64,000 bases of DNA from Thermoanaerobaculia bacterium (GTDB lineage: Bacteria > Acidobacteriota > Thermoanaerobaculia > Multivoradales > Multivoraceae). This document shows positions 18,410-28,300 of the stretch, one piece after another. Under the pieces are notes generated by a model, which was not told the DNA's origin, did no database searches, and worked only from the letters and a program-made list of their open reading frames with translations. Within the stretch, counting starts at the first letter, position 1, and each line of letters starts with the position of its first letter. Location of the stretch: positions 3,584,001 to 3,648,000 of the forward strand of contig OY762911.1 in the NCBI GenBank assembly GCA_963666565.1, read 5' to 3'. A program made the position numbers and the translations under genes.

Positions 18410-20575
18410 ATGAGAACTTCACGCACGACTGTCGTCCGTATGCTGGCCGCGGCCGCGGCTTCGTTTCTCCTTGCGGCCGCCGCAGGCGCCCAGACTCCGG
18501 CGCGCCGCGCGGAAGCAGCCTACTCCGTGGACGACGCCGCCCTGATCGGCGCCGCCGGCCGCACCGGCGACTGGCTGACCTACGGCGGCACCTACAAGGA
18601 GCAGCGCTACAGCGTGCTCGACCAGATCGACGACGGCAACGTCGACCAGCTCGGCATCGCCTGGGTCCAGGAGACGAACACGAAGCGGGGGCTGGAGGCC
18701 ACGCCGCTGATCGTCGACGGCGTGATGTACGCGACCGGCGCCTGGAACGTCATCTACGCCCTCGACGCGGTGACCGGCGAACCGCTGTGGACGCACGACC
18801 CGGAGGTGCCGCGCTCCATCGCGATGAAGACCTGCTGCGACGCCGTGAACCGCGGCGCCGCGCTCTACCGCGGCAAGGTGATCTCGGCCACGCTCGACGG
18901 CCGCCTGATCGCCATCGACGCCGAGACCGGCGACGAGGTCTGGTCGACAATGACCGTGCCCGAGGACTCGATGTACACGATCACCGGCGCGCCCAGGATC
19001 GCCAAGGGCAAGGTCATCATCGGCAACAGCGGCGCCGAGTACGGCGTGCGCGGCTACGTCGACGCCTACGACGCCGAGACCGGCGAGCGCGCCTGGCGCT
19101 TCTGGACCGTGCCCGGCAACCCTGCGGACGGCTTCGAGAACGAGGCGATGCGGATGGCCGCCGAGACCTGGACCGGCGAGTGGTGGACGGGCGGCGGCGG
19201 CGGCACGGTGTGGGACTCGATCGTCTACGACCCGGAACTCGATCTGCTCTACGTCGGCGTCGGCAACGGCGCGCCCTGGGACCGGAACCTGCGCAGCCCC
19301 GGCGGCGGCGACAACCTGTTCCTGTCGTCGATCGTGGCGCTCCGCCCCGACACCGGCGAGTACGTCTGGCACTACCAGACGACGCCCGGCGACACCTGGG
19401 ACTACACGGCGACCCAGCCGATCATGCTCGCGGAGCTGCCCATCGGCGGCGAGGTGCGCCAGGTGCTCATGCAGGCGCCGAAGAACGGCTTCTTCTACGT
19501 GCTGGACCGCCGCACCGGCGAACTGATCTCGGCCGAGGAGTTCGTCACCGTGACCTGGGCCAGCCACGTCGACCTGGCCAGCGGCCGCCCGGTCGAGCTC
19601 GCGGGAGCGCGCTACGCCGACCAGACCGTCAACGTATCGCCGGGGCCGCTCGGCGGCCACAACTGGCACCCGATGGCGTACAGCCCGAGGACCGGCCTCG
19701 TGTACATCCCGGCGATGGAGATGGGGAACTTCTACGTGCCGGATCCCGACTACGAGTACACCCCGGGGCAGTGGAACCTGGGAGTGCGGGCAGCGGCGCC
19801 CGAGGACATTCCGCAGGCGATCGTCGACGCCACCGGCCTCTCGGGCCAGTTGCTGGCCGAGGACGCGCCGCCGGCCCTGCTCTCGGGGCATCTGCTGGCC
19901 TGGGACCCGGTCGCCCAGCGCGAGGTCTGGCGGGCGCAGTACACGATGCCGTGGTCCGGCGGCACGCTCGCCACGGCCGGCAACCTCGTCTTCCAGGGCA
20001 CGCCGTTCGGCCTGCTGACCGCCTACCGCGCCGATGACGGCGAGAAGCTCTGGGAGAGCTACACCGGCAGCGGCGTCATCGCGCCGCCGGTCACCTTCCA
20101 GGCAGGCGGCACCCAGTACATCGCGGTGATGTCCGGCTGGGGCGGCGCCTTCGGCATCGTCGGCAGCCGGTCGGCGCGGCAGGCGGTCGAGTCGGAAGGC
20201 CGGATCGTCGTCTACTCGCTGGGCGCCACCGGACGGGCGATCGAGCGGCAGGAGCGGCGCGAGATCCGCGTCACCCGCGTCGATCATGGCGCAGGGGCGG
20301 AGGACATCGACGCCGGCCGCCGCCTGTTCAACCGGTACTGCCTCGTCTGCCACGGCTACGGCGCCGTCTCCGGCGGCGTCACCCCGGACCTGCGACAGTC
20401 GTCACAGCGGGTCTTCGACTCCTACGAGGCCGCCCTGCTCGAAGGCGCCCTGGTCGACCTCGGCATGCCCAGCTTCGCCCCCGTCCTCGACCGCGACGAT
20501 GTCGCCCTGCTCAAGGCTTACGTCCTCCACCGCCGCAACATGCTCGCCGACGAACAGGCCGCGGCGGTGCCGTGA
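18410..20575 (+). CDS. Quinohemoprotein (type II) PQQ alcohol dehydrogenase
   Basis: TCCDAVNRG vicinal Cys, GGGGTVW, DTWDYTA, QAPKNGFFY, C-terminal CLVCH heme c domain; RBS AGGAGA. Confidence 0.95.
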   Translation: MRTSRTTVVRMLAAAAASFLLAAAAGAQTPARRAEAAYSVDDAALIGAAGRTGDWLTYGGTYKEQRYSVLDQIDDGNVDQLGIAWVQETNTKRGLEATPLIVDGVMYATGAWNVIYALDAVTGEPLWTHDPEVPRSIAMKTCCDAVNRGAALYRGKVISATLDGRLIAIDAETGDEVWSTMTVPEDSMYTITGAPRIAKGKVIIGNSGAEYGVRGYVDAYDAETGERAWRFWTVPGNPADGFENEAMRMAAETWTGEWWTGGGGGTVWDSIVYDPELDLLYVGVGNGAPWDRNLRSPGGGDNLFLSSIVALRPDTGEYVWHYQTTPGDTWDYTATQPIMLAELPIGGEVRQVLMQAPKNGFFYVLDRRTGELISAEEFVTVTWASHVDLASGRPVELAGARYADQTVNVSPGPLGGHNWHPMAYSPRTGLVYIPAMEMGNFYVPDPDYEYTPGQWNLGVRAAAPEDIPQAIVDATGLSGQLLAEDAPPALLSGHLLAWDPVAQREVWRAQYTMPWSGGTLATAGNLVFQGTPFGLLTAYRADDGEKLWESYTGSGVIAPPVTFQAGGTQYIAVMSGWGGAFGIVGSRSARQAVESEGRIVVYSLGATGRAIERQERREIRVTRVDHGAGAEDIDAGRRLFNRYCLVCHGYGAVSGGVTPDLRQSSQRVFDSYEAALLEGALVDLGMPSFAPVLDRDDVALLKAYVLHRRNMLADEQAAAVP

Positions 20576-21835
20576 CTACGACGTCACGCCGAAGACCGGC
20601 AGCGCCTCGAACTCGCCCTTGAGGACAGCCGACGCGTCGTCCATGCCCATCCAGCCCTCGATCATCGACGCGTAGACGCGCCGGAAGTCGGTCGTCATCT
20701 TCAGGTTGCCGTCGTCGAGGTCGGTGAGGCTCGGGGTCTCGCCGTGGAAGCCGCCGGCGACGCCCTTGCCGGCGACGAACATGGGGCCGGCGGTGCCGTG
20801 GTCGGTGCCGAGGCTCGCGTTCTCCTCCACGCGGCGGCCGAACTCGGTGAACATGAGGACGGCCACGTCGTCGGCGCGGCCGATGCGCTCGATGTCGCGC
20901 ACGAAGCCGGCGACGGCGTCGGACATGTACATCAGCAGCCGGGCGTGGGTGTCGGCCTGGTGGACGTGGGTGTCGAAGGAGTTGCCGCGGAAGCTGACGT
21001 AGTAGATGCGCGTCGGCAGTTCGGCCTCGATCAGGGCCGCGACCTTGCGCAGGTCAGCGCCGAGCCCGCCGATGCCGTAGTCGACCGGCGTCCGGTAGCC
21101 GGAACAGGCGTCGCGGACCAGCGCCGCGCTGGAAGCGGCGTTGGCGGCGGTGCCGCGCAGGAAGTCGAGGGCGTCGTTGCCGCTCGCCTCGTCCGTGCCG
21201 AGCCGGCCGAGCGCCTGCTTCTCGCCCGGCGTGCCGCGGCGCCGGAGGCGGCCCGGGTCGTCGAACACGAGCGGCGAGTGCCGGGCGGCACGCACCGCCA
21301 GGGACTGCGAGCTGGCCACGTTGACGATGTAGTTCGGGGTGCCGTCCGGCCCGTGGTCGTCGGCGAGGCGGCCGAGCCAGCCGAGCGGCTCGCCGCCGTT
21401 CGGCACGCCGGTGTGCCAGAAGCCCATCGACGAGAAGTGGGACAGGCTCGGGTTCGGGTAGCCACAGCCCTCGACGACGGCCAGGTTGCCGTCCTTGTAC
21501 AGGCGCTCCATGCCGACGAGCGACGGGTGAAAGCCCGCTTCCTCGGTGAGGGCGATGGCGCGCTTGCGGCGGATGCCCAGGTTCGGGCGCACGCGGTAGT
21601 ACTCGTCGTTGCGGAAGGGGACGACCGTGTTCAGGCCGTCGTTGCCGCCGGAGAGTTCGACGACGACCAGGATGCGCCGCGAGGCGTCCGGCACGCCGGT
21701 CCGCAGTTCTTCGAGGGCCAGCGCCGCGGACGTGCGGCCGAGCACCGCCGGGAGGCCGGCGGCGACGCCGAGGCCCAGGAGGCCGCGGTGCAGGAAGTCG
21801 CGCCGCGAGCAGCCGCAGGAAAGTCGTTCAGGCAT
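20576..21835 (-). CDS. DUF1501 family protein, Tat-exported
   Basis: SRRDFL twin-arginine signal, LSGGNDGLN, FDTH, TEFGRR, GTDHG, DFRRVY. Confidence 0.92.
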   Translation of the reverse strand: MPERLSCGCSRRDFLHRGLLGLGVAAGLPAVLGRTSAALALEELRTGVPDASRRILVVVELSGGNDGLNTVVPFRNDEYYRVRPNLGIRRKRAIALTEEAGFHPSLVGMERLYKDGNLAVVEGCGYPNPSLSHFSSMGFWHTGVPNGGEPLGWLGRLADDHGPDGTPNYIVNVASSQSLAVRAARHSPLVFDDPGRLRRRGTPGEKQALGRLGTDEASGNDALDFLRGTAANAASSAALVRDACSGYRTPVDYGIGGLGADLRKVAALIEAELPTRIYYVSFRGNSFDTHVHQADTHARLLMYMSDAVAGFVRDIERIGRADDVAVLMFTEFGRRVEENASLGTDHGTAGPMFVAGKGVAGGFHGETPSLTDLDDGNLKMTTDFRRVYASMIEGWMGMDDASAVLKGEFEALPVFGVTS

Positions 21836-21877
21836 GTCGGCTCCTTCTTCCGGCGCCCGAACGGTCGGCCGCCGAAT

Positions 21878-21901
21878 GCGGGCATGGATGCCCGGGTTCC
21901 C
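21878..21901. repeat. REP-like variant C unit
   Basis: Minus strand reads GGGAAC-CCGGGCA-TCCA-TGCCCGC followed by ATTCGGCG, the same layout and 3' flank as 45018-45049. Confidence 0.5.
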
Positions 21902-21930
21902 GGAAGTGGATCTCTCTGTCGCGCACGCTG

Positions 21931-23793
21931 CTAGCCCAACTGGTACTCCGGCGAACTGAACACGAGGTAGAGCGTCGAGCGAAGCGCCGTCTCGACCTTC
22001 GCTCGCGCCTCCGGCGCCTCCGCGTCGAGGCCGGTCGTGTCCAGTTCCCGCTCCAGGTGCCGCACGAGCGCCGCGCGCCCTCGGCCCGTCAGCGGAACGC
22101 GCAGGAACCAGTGCAGCAGGTGGTCTACCGCTCCCTCGGCGTCGGCGGCGCCGGAAGCCAGCACCATGGCCCGGACGTCGACGTCGAGAGCGTGGCGCGG
22201 CACGAGCTTGACCCGTTCGTAGGCCACCACGTAGCCGCGATAGCCGCCGTAGCGGGTGTTGTACTCCTCGTCCGCGTCGGCCATCGCGTTGGACGCGGCG
22301 TCGCCCTGCCGGGTGGCGGCGGTGATCGTCATCCCCTTCGCCAGCCGCTCGCCGACCTGCCGGTAGATGCCGGGCATCCGCCGATCCGGGTGCCCGAACT
22401 TCTCGACGATCGGCGGAAAGAGGACGGAGCGCATCGCGTTGCCGCGCTCCAGCAGGGTCGCCGGCGTGATCCAGGTCCGGCCGCCCGCCCAGCCGGCCAC
22501 GTTCGGCGGATAGAACAGTTGCTGGCCGAGGCCGCCGGCGAGGCTGTTCATGTCCGGGACGGTCGGCGCGGTCTCGACGCCGAACTTGCGGTAGGTCGAG
22601 ACGAACAGAGCGACCGGACTCTTGATCCGGGTGCCGACAGACGGCGGGCTGTAGAAGTCGCGCGAGGACAGGATCGTCCGCAGCAGCGCCTTCAGTTCGT
22701 AGCCCGATTCGCGCAGGCGGCGGCCGAGCTCGGCCTGGAGCGCCGGGTCGAGATCCTCCCGCACGAGGTAGCGGTAGACCTTGCCGGCGATGAACTCGCC
22801 GGTCGCCGGCTGCTCGAGAACGATGTCGAGCACTTCCTCGCCGCCCAGGTTGCCCTCATGCCCCAGGAAGGTCTTCGGGCCGTCGTCGTGGAGCTCGGCG
22901 TCGAACCGGAAGTCGAGCACGTCGTTGGTCCAGCCGGTGAACGCCCGCGACGCCTCGCGGATGTCCCGCTCGGTGTAGTTGCGCGCGTTCTCCAGGTTGT
23001 CCTGGCCCATCGTGAACAGCTCAAGCAGCTCGCGGCCGAAGTTCTCGTTCGGGTGGTCCTTCACGTTCTCCCGGTTGTCGAGGTAGACGAGCATCGCCGG
23101 ATCGCGCATGACGGCGAGCACCAGGCTCTTGAAGTCGGCGGTTGCGTGGGCGCGCAGGGTCCGGTTCTGCAGGTGCATCTTGCGGGCGTCGCGGACCTTG
23201 ACCTCGGAGGTCGCGAAGTGGTCGTGCCAGAAGAGGGTCATCTTCTCTTCGAGCGGCCGCGGGGTCGCGACCATCCGGTCGGCCCACCACAGGGCCAGCC
23301 GCCTCGTCTCCGCCACGTTGCTGCGCAGTCCGTAGAAGAACTTGTCGACCACCGGCTGGAGCGGCCGCGACGAACCTTCGGGAAGAACGTCGACGCCCAG
23401 CGCCCGACCGTGCCGCCGCGCCTGCCGCACCGCCGCGGCCCGGCTGGGCGGGAACGGGTCCATGCCGGGGTCCCAGATCCCCGATTCGTCGAACGGCGCA
23501 AGCGCCGAGTCGTCGATCGCCTCGTAGTCGACGAGCCTGGCGACGGCGCCCGCAAGTCCGAGCGCAACGAGGCCCTCGATCTCCGCCGGCGTGCCGCCGA
23601 AACCGGCGCGCTCCAGCAGATGCGCCGCCTGCTCGTAGCCGAAGTCGGACTCCGCCAGGGGCGAGAGGTCGCCGACCCAGGGGTGAGCGGCGGAGTCGTC
23701 CGGCGCGCCCGCCGCCGACGGCGACGCCCCAAGGCAAAGCGCGACCACCCCGGCAGCCGCCGCGCGGTTCGCTCGAAGGACGCGATGCTTCAA
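21931..23793 (-). CDS. DUF1800 family protein
   Basis: HLLERAGFG, EKMTLFWHDHFATS, PAMLVYLDN, PNENFGRELLELFTMG, PPNVAGW, SPEYQL; start approximate (TTG 23793). Confidence 0.9.
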   Translation of the reverse strand: MKHRVLRANRAAAAGVVALCLGASPSAAGAPDDSAAHPWVGDLSPLAESDFGYEQAAHLLERAGFGGTPAEIEGLVALGLAGAVARLVDYEAIDDSALAPFDESGIWDPGMDPFPPSRAAAVRQARRHGRALGVDVLPEGSSRPLQPVVDKFFYGLRSNVAETRRLALWWADRMVATPRPLEEKMTLFWHDHFATSEVKVRDARKMHLQNRTLRAHATADFKSLVLAVMRDPAMLVYLDNRENVKDHPNENFGRELLELFTMGQDNLENARNYTERDIREASRAFTGWTNDVLDFRFDAELHDDGPKTFLGHEGNLGGEEVLDIVLEQPATGEFIAGKVYRYLVREDLDPALQAELGRRLRESGYELKALLRTILSSRDFYSPPSVGTRIKSPVALFVSTYRKFGVETAPTVPDMNSLAGGLGQQLFYPPNVAGWAGGRTWITPATLLERGNAMRSVLFPPIVEKFGHPDRRMPGIYRQVGERLAKGMTITAATRQGDAASNAMADADEEYNTRYGGYRGYVVAYERVKLVPRHALDVDVRAMVLASGAADAEGAVDHLLHWFLRVPLTGRGRAALVRHLERELDTTGLDAEAPEARAKVETALRSTLYLVFSSPEYQLG

Positions 23794-23893
23794 CAGGTTG
23801 TCCCCTGGTTGATACTGGAGGAAGAGACGGCGCCGATCATACCGTCGAAGTCCGGCCGGCGGCGGGACGCGGGAGCGGCGCCGGCCTTCCGCT

Positions 23894-24080
23894 GGGTGCG
23901 CGGGTCTTCCGACCCGCCCACAGGCGGCACCGCGAAGCGGTGCAGCCCGGACGACAGGACCGCCGGCCGCAGGCAGGCGACCGCACCAACCGCGGCGCCA
24001 GCTCCAGCAGAGCCAGCCCGACGGCCGGCGCGACTTCCTGGCCGCCTTCGGCGGCAGCGGGTCGGAAGACCCGCGCACCC
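23894..24080. repeat. 187-bp REPIN-like doublet (138-bp element in reverse orientation plus ~49-nt insertion)
   Basis: Family A units at 23894-23917 and 24057-24080, inverted repeat extending to CCGCT/AGCGG; a degenerate third unit lies at 24082-24104. Confidence 0.9.
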
Positions 24081-24140
24081 AGCGGTCAGAGGATCCGCGC
24101 GCCCAACGGACGGCTCGCGGTCCGCTGGAGCGAAGGCCGT

Positions 24141-25172
24141 TCAGGAATGCCCGAGCGACAGCAGGTTCTCGACCGGCTGATACAGCTCCTCCAGGTACTC
24201 GACGTCGGCCGCGTCGAGTTCGATCGCGGTCGCCTCGACGAGTTGCTCGATCTGGGAGGTCTTCGACACGCCGACGACCGGCGACGTGACCTCGGGCTTG
24301 TTCGTCAGCCACGCGAGCGAGATCTGGGCCGGCGTGCGGCCGTACTTCTCGGCCACTTCGACGACCCGGTCGGCGATCTCGAAGGTGGCGGCGCCGCGAT
24401 AGAGCATCTCCGTGCGCGCTCGGTCGCCGCCCTTCGAGCGGTCCGTGCCGCCTTCGTCGAAGCTGCCCCGGTAGGAGCCGGTCAGGATGCCGCGCGCCAG
24501 CGGCGACCAGGGCGTCAGCGCCACGCCGGTCCGGGCGCAGTACGGGTTCATCTCCCGCTCTTCCTCGCGGTAGACGAGGTTGTAGTGGTTCTGCATCGAC
24601 ACGAACTCGGTCCAGCCGTTCTGCCGCGCCGTCATCTGGAGTTCCGTGAACTGCCACGCGAACATGGACGAAGCGCCTAGGTAAAGCGCCTTGCCGGCCT
24701 TCACCACGTCGTGCAGGGCCTCCAGCGTCTCCTCGATCGGCGCCTGGACCTGGCCCGGGATGCCGTGCGGATGCCGGTGGATGATCAACTGGTCGACGTA
24801 GTCGAGGCCCAGCCGCTCCAGGCAGCCGTCGACGCCTTCCATGACGTGCTTGCGGGACAATCCGCCCTGGTTCGGCGACCGTCCCATCGGCATGGAGACC
24901 TTGGTCGAGATCACGTACTCGTCGCGCGGCAGCAGCTCGCGCAGGAGCGAACCCACAACCCGTTCGCAGGCGCCGATCCCGTAGATGTCCGCGCAGTCGA
25001 AGTAGAAGAGGCCGCGCTCGATGGCGGCCTGGAAGATCGGCCGGGATTCGTCGATGTCGAGCGTCCAGTCGCCCTGGTGGCCCCGGCCCGGCTCGCCGAA
25101 GTTCATCGTCCCCAGGCAGAGCTCCGAAACCCGGAGCCCGCACTTCTCGCCCAACTGAACCGCCTTCAACAC
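24141..25172 (-). CDS. Aldo/keto reductase
   Basis: SELCLGTMNFG, FDCADIYG, STKV, MQNHYNL, PWSPLARG; GTG start with RBS GGAGG. Confidence 0.94.
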   Translation of the reverse strand: MLKAVQLGEKCGLRVSELCLGTMNFGEPGRGHQGDWTLDIDESRPIFQAAIERGLFYFDCADIYGIGACERVVGSLLRELLPRDEYVISTKVSMPMGRSPNQGGLSRKHVMEGVDGCLERLGLDYVDQLIIHRHPHGIPGQVQAPIEETLEALHDVVKAGKALYLGASSMFAWQFTELQMTARQNGWTEFVSMQNHYNLVYREEEREMNPYCARTGVALTPWSPLARGILTGSYRGSFDEGGTDRSKGGDRARTEMLYRGAATFEIADRVVEVAEKYGRTPAQISLAWLTNKPEVTSPVVGVSKTSQIEQLVEATAIELDAADVEYLEELYQPVENLLSLGHS

Positions 25173-25349
25173 GTTGCCGCCTCCCCTCTTGAAGCCGCGC
25201 GATGATAGCGGCCGGCGGCTATCCGCGACCTCCCCTTCGCCGACCCGCATGGTCGAGTCGATGGGCGGCTACCTGCCGCCGGCACCGGCCGGGTGCGGCA
25301 GTCTCGCGTTCGTAGCGGGTACCCGCGCCACCAAGCCGTCCCGGCGGCG

Positions 25350-28300
25350 CTATGGGCCGGCGGAACATGGGAAGGCGGTCACGTCCAGGTTCGTCGCGAA
25401 GGGCGAACCCTCGGCGCTCATGTAACTCCTGGCCGCGCCGCCCGGCGCCGTGTCCCGCACCGCGATCTCGACGCCCACGTCGGTCAGGCCGCCCATCACG
25501 ACCCAGCGGTGGCCGTTCAGGGCGCAGCCGTCGAGGACCTTGACCACGAGTTCGACGTTGTCCGGCGAGAAGAACCAGAACATCCCCGTGTCGGCGGTGC
25601 GCGGGATGCCGGCGGCGACGCCGCTCTCCTCGCCCGCCCGCCAGTTCGCGCGCACCTCGTAGCGGCCGTCCTGCAGGCAGAGCGACCTGCCGTCCGCGCC
25701 GCAGTTCGCCGTCGCGCCGCCGCCGTGGGATCCGGCAACGAGCTGCGCCGGGCCGTCCCGCAGCGCTTCCCCGAACCGGCCGAGCGGGGCGCCGCTCAGG
25801 ACGTGCGCGCGCGCCCCGCCAGCGCCAGCGTCGCAGGTGGCAAAGGCCTCCTGGTCGACTATCGGTCCGAAGGTGTCGCCGGCGGCGCTGGTCCAGCTCT
25901 TCTCGACGTTCGAGGTCGGAACGCCGGCGTACGGACTGCCGGAACGGAGATCGCGCACCGTCATCGTCACGGCGACGTCGGTCAGGCCGACGGCGTAGAC
26001 CCAGTAGTGGCCGTTGACCGCGCAGCCGTCGAGGACCTTCGCCACGACTTCGATGTTCGCCGGGTGGAAGAACCAGAAGTCGCCGGTGCGCCCGGTCAGC
26101 CGCTCCGCCATGCCGCGTCCGGCCGAACCGGCGCCGTCGTCCCACGCGACCTCGACCTGGAACCGGCCGAGGCAGAGGACGTCGCCCTCGTCGCAACGGG
26201 CCGTCTCCGATGTCCAGGTGGTCGCGGCGGCCTTCGGCGTACGCTCGGAGTGAAGCACGCCGTTGCGGGCCTCGACCGCGAAGCGGTAGGTGACGTTCGG
26301 CACCAGTTCGTTCACGATCGTCGACGTGCGGTTCGCCGGCGCCGTCCCGATCAGGCGCAGCTTGGAGTCTCCCGGCCCCTGCTGGAAGATCGCGAACGAC
26401 CTTTCCGTGACCGAGTTGTCGCGCCATCGCAACTCGATCTCCGTCCCGCTCAGCGCGGTGGCGACGAGGTCCGAGGGCGCCTTCGGAGGGGCGAACGCCT
26501 GGTCGATCTCGATCGCGTCGTCGTCGGGGCTCGGGTCCATGGCGACGCTGCCGACCGTGGCCCTGAACCGGAGCATCGCCTCGCCCGCCGCGGCGGCCTC
26601 GACGTCGATCGTGAAGTCGGCCGAACGGCCAACCGCGATGTCGCCCAGCGTGCACTCCGGCACGCCGTCGGGGTCCTCCTCGCAGCCGTAGGTCGAGGTC
26701 TCGAGCGACGTGAGCCCGGCCGAGAACGAACTCGTCACCACGACTTCGCGGGCGAGATCCGGGCCGGCGTTCTCGACCTTGACCGTGTACTGGAAGCGGC
26801 CCGGCGCCACGATCCGGCTGCTGGCCCGAAGACGCAGATCCGCCGTCCCGCCGGGCTCGTCGAATCCGCCGTCGGCGGCCAGGTCTTCGATGCCCTTCGG
26901 GCAGACCGAACTGCCGCGGTCCGTCTTCCAGAGGTAGACCACGAGGCCGTCGTGGTCCGAGGACGCCAGGGCGTTCGTCGCGGTGTTGCGGTTCAGGCCG
27001 GCGGCGTCCACGTTGCCGCGCCCGAACTGCATCTCGACCACGTGCCGCGACATCGCCGGGTTGACGAGGGCGTGGTCGAGCGCCTGAGCGTTGCCCTGGA
27101 AGATGTGCGAGTAGCGGTCCGTGGCCGGTAGGCCGTCGACCAGGTTGCACAGGTTCGGATCGACGAGGTCCGGCCCGGAGATCTGGTTCCGGCCCGGCTT
27201 CACGTTGCCCTTGATCTGGTTCACGACGTCGACGTAGCCGTCGGTGAACTCGAAGCCGTTGAAGTCGCCGACGACGATCACCTTCGAGCCCTTGTCGCTC
27301 TCCTGCTGCACCAGCTTCGCCACGGACTGCGCCTGCGCCAAGCGCTTGGTTCGCACCCATTCGCCCCTGGCCGCGTCGTCGATGTCGATGCGGGAGCGGT
27401 TGTGGACATCGATGACGGTGAAGTCGAAGTCGCCGACGGACAGCTCGATGTAGATCGGCAGCCGGTCGTGGACGGGATCGTTCGAGTTGTCCCTGGGATC
27501 GACGAAGGTCTCCCCGGACCCGTGTTCCTTTGGGAAGCCCGTCTCGACCGAGACGCCCGAGCGCACCAGGAAGCCGACCGCCTGACTGTTCGCCGTCTGC
27601 TTGACGTAGGCGGTGTAGACGACGCCGGAGTCGTCCGTCTTGATCTCGTTCGCCAGCTTGGTGAGCGCCGCCTGCTGGTAGACCTCCTGGACGCCGATGA
27701 CGTCCGGTGCGCCAAGCACCTGCCGGATGTACAGCGACAGCTTGTCGTACTTCGTGTCGTTCGAGGTCTCCCGGAGGTTCAGCAGGTTGAGCGAGGCCAC
27801 CGTGACCTCGCCGGTTGCCTTGGCACGCACTGCCTGCGGCAGGACCATGCCTCCACCAAGCGACGTCAGTTCGGTGGCCCACAGTTCATAGCCGCCGTAC
27901 TCGTAGCCGAGCACGCCGGTGGCGGAGAACCCCGTTCCCGGCGCCCAGGAGACGTTGGTCAGTCCGAGCTTGTCGGGGTCGAGCTCGAACACCTCGGGGT
28001 TGCCGTCCCACACGGGAATCCCCGGCCGGCCGCTCACGCCCGGATACCGGGCGCCCGGTTCGCGAAACGCGCGTCCGGAACTCGGCCTGACGTACATCTC
28101 CGCGGTGTTGTCCGAACCGAAGTACTGGCTGCCGGTCGTCACCGTTCCACTCGCGATCCGGATCCGCATGCCCTCGTAGCACTCGGGCTCCATGGCGCAG
28201 TTCGCCGAAGCCGGGTTCGGGGCGGGACGACTCGCGTTGAACTCCACCGGCGCCGGCACCGTCTGGTTGCTGGCGTCGACCGTGACCGTGGCGCCGGACT

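Noticed and set aside
15327-25143. ORF-track long versions (15327-18326, 17099-20575, 21931-25143) as fusion proteins
   Set aside because: The N-terminal extensions are off-frame translations over neighbouring genes and repeats; signal peptides mark later starts
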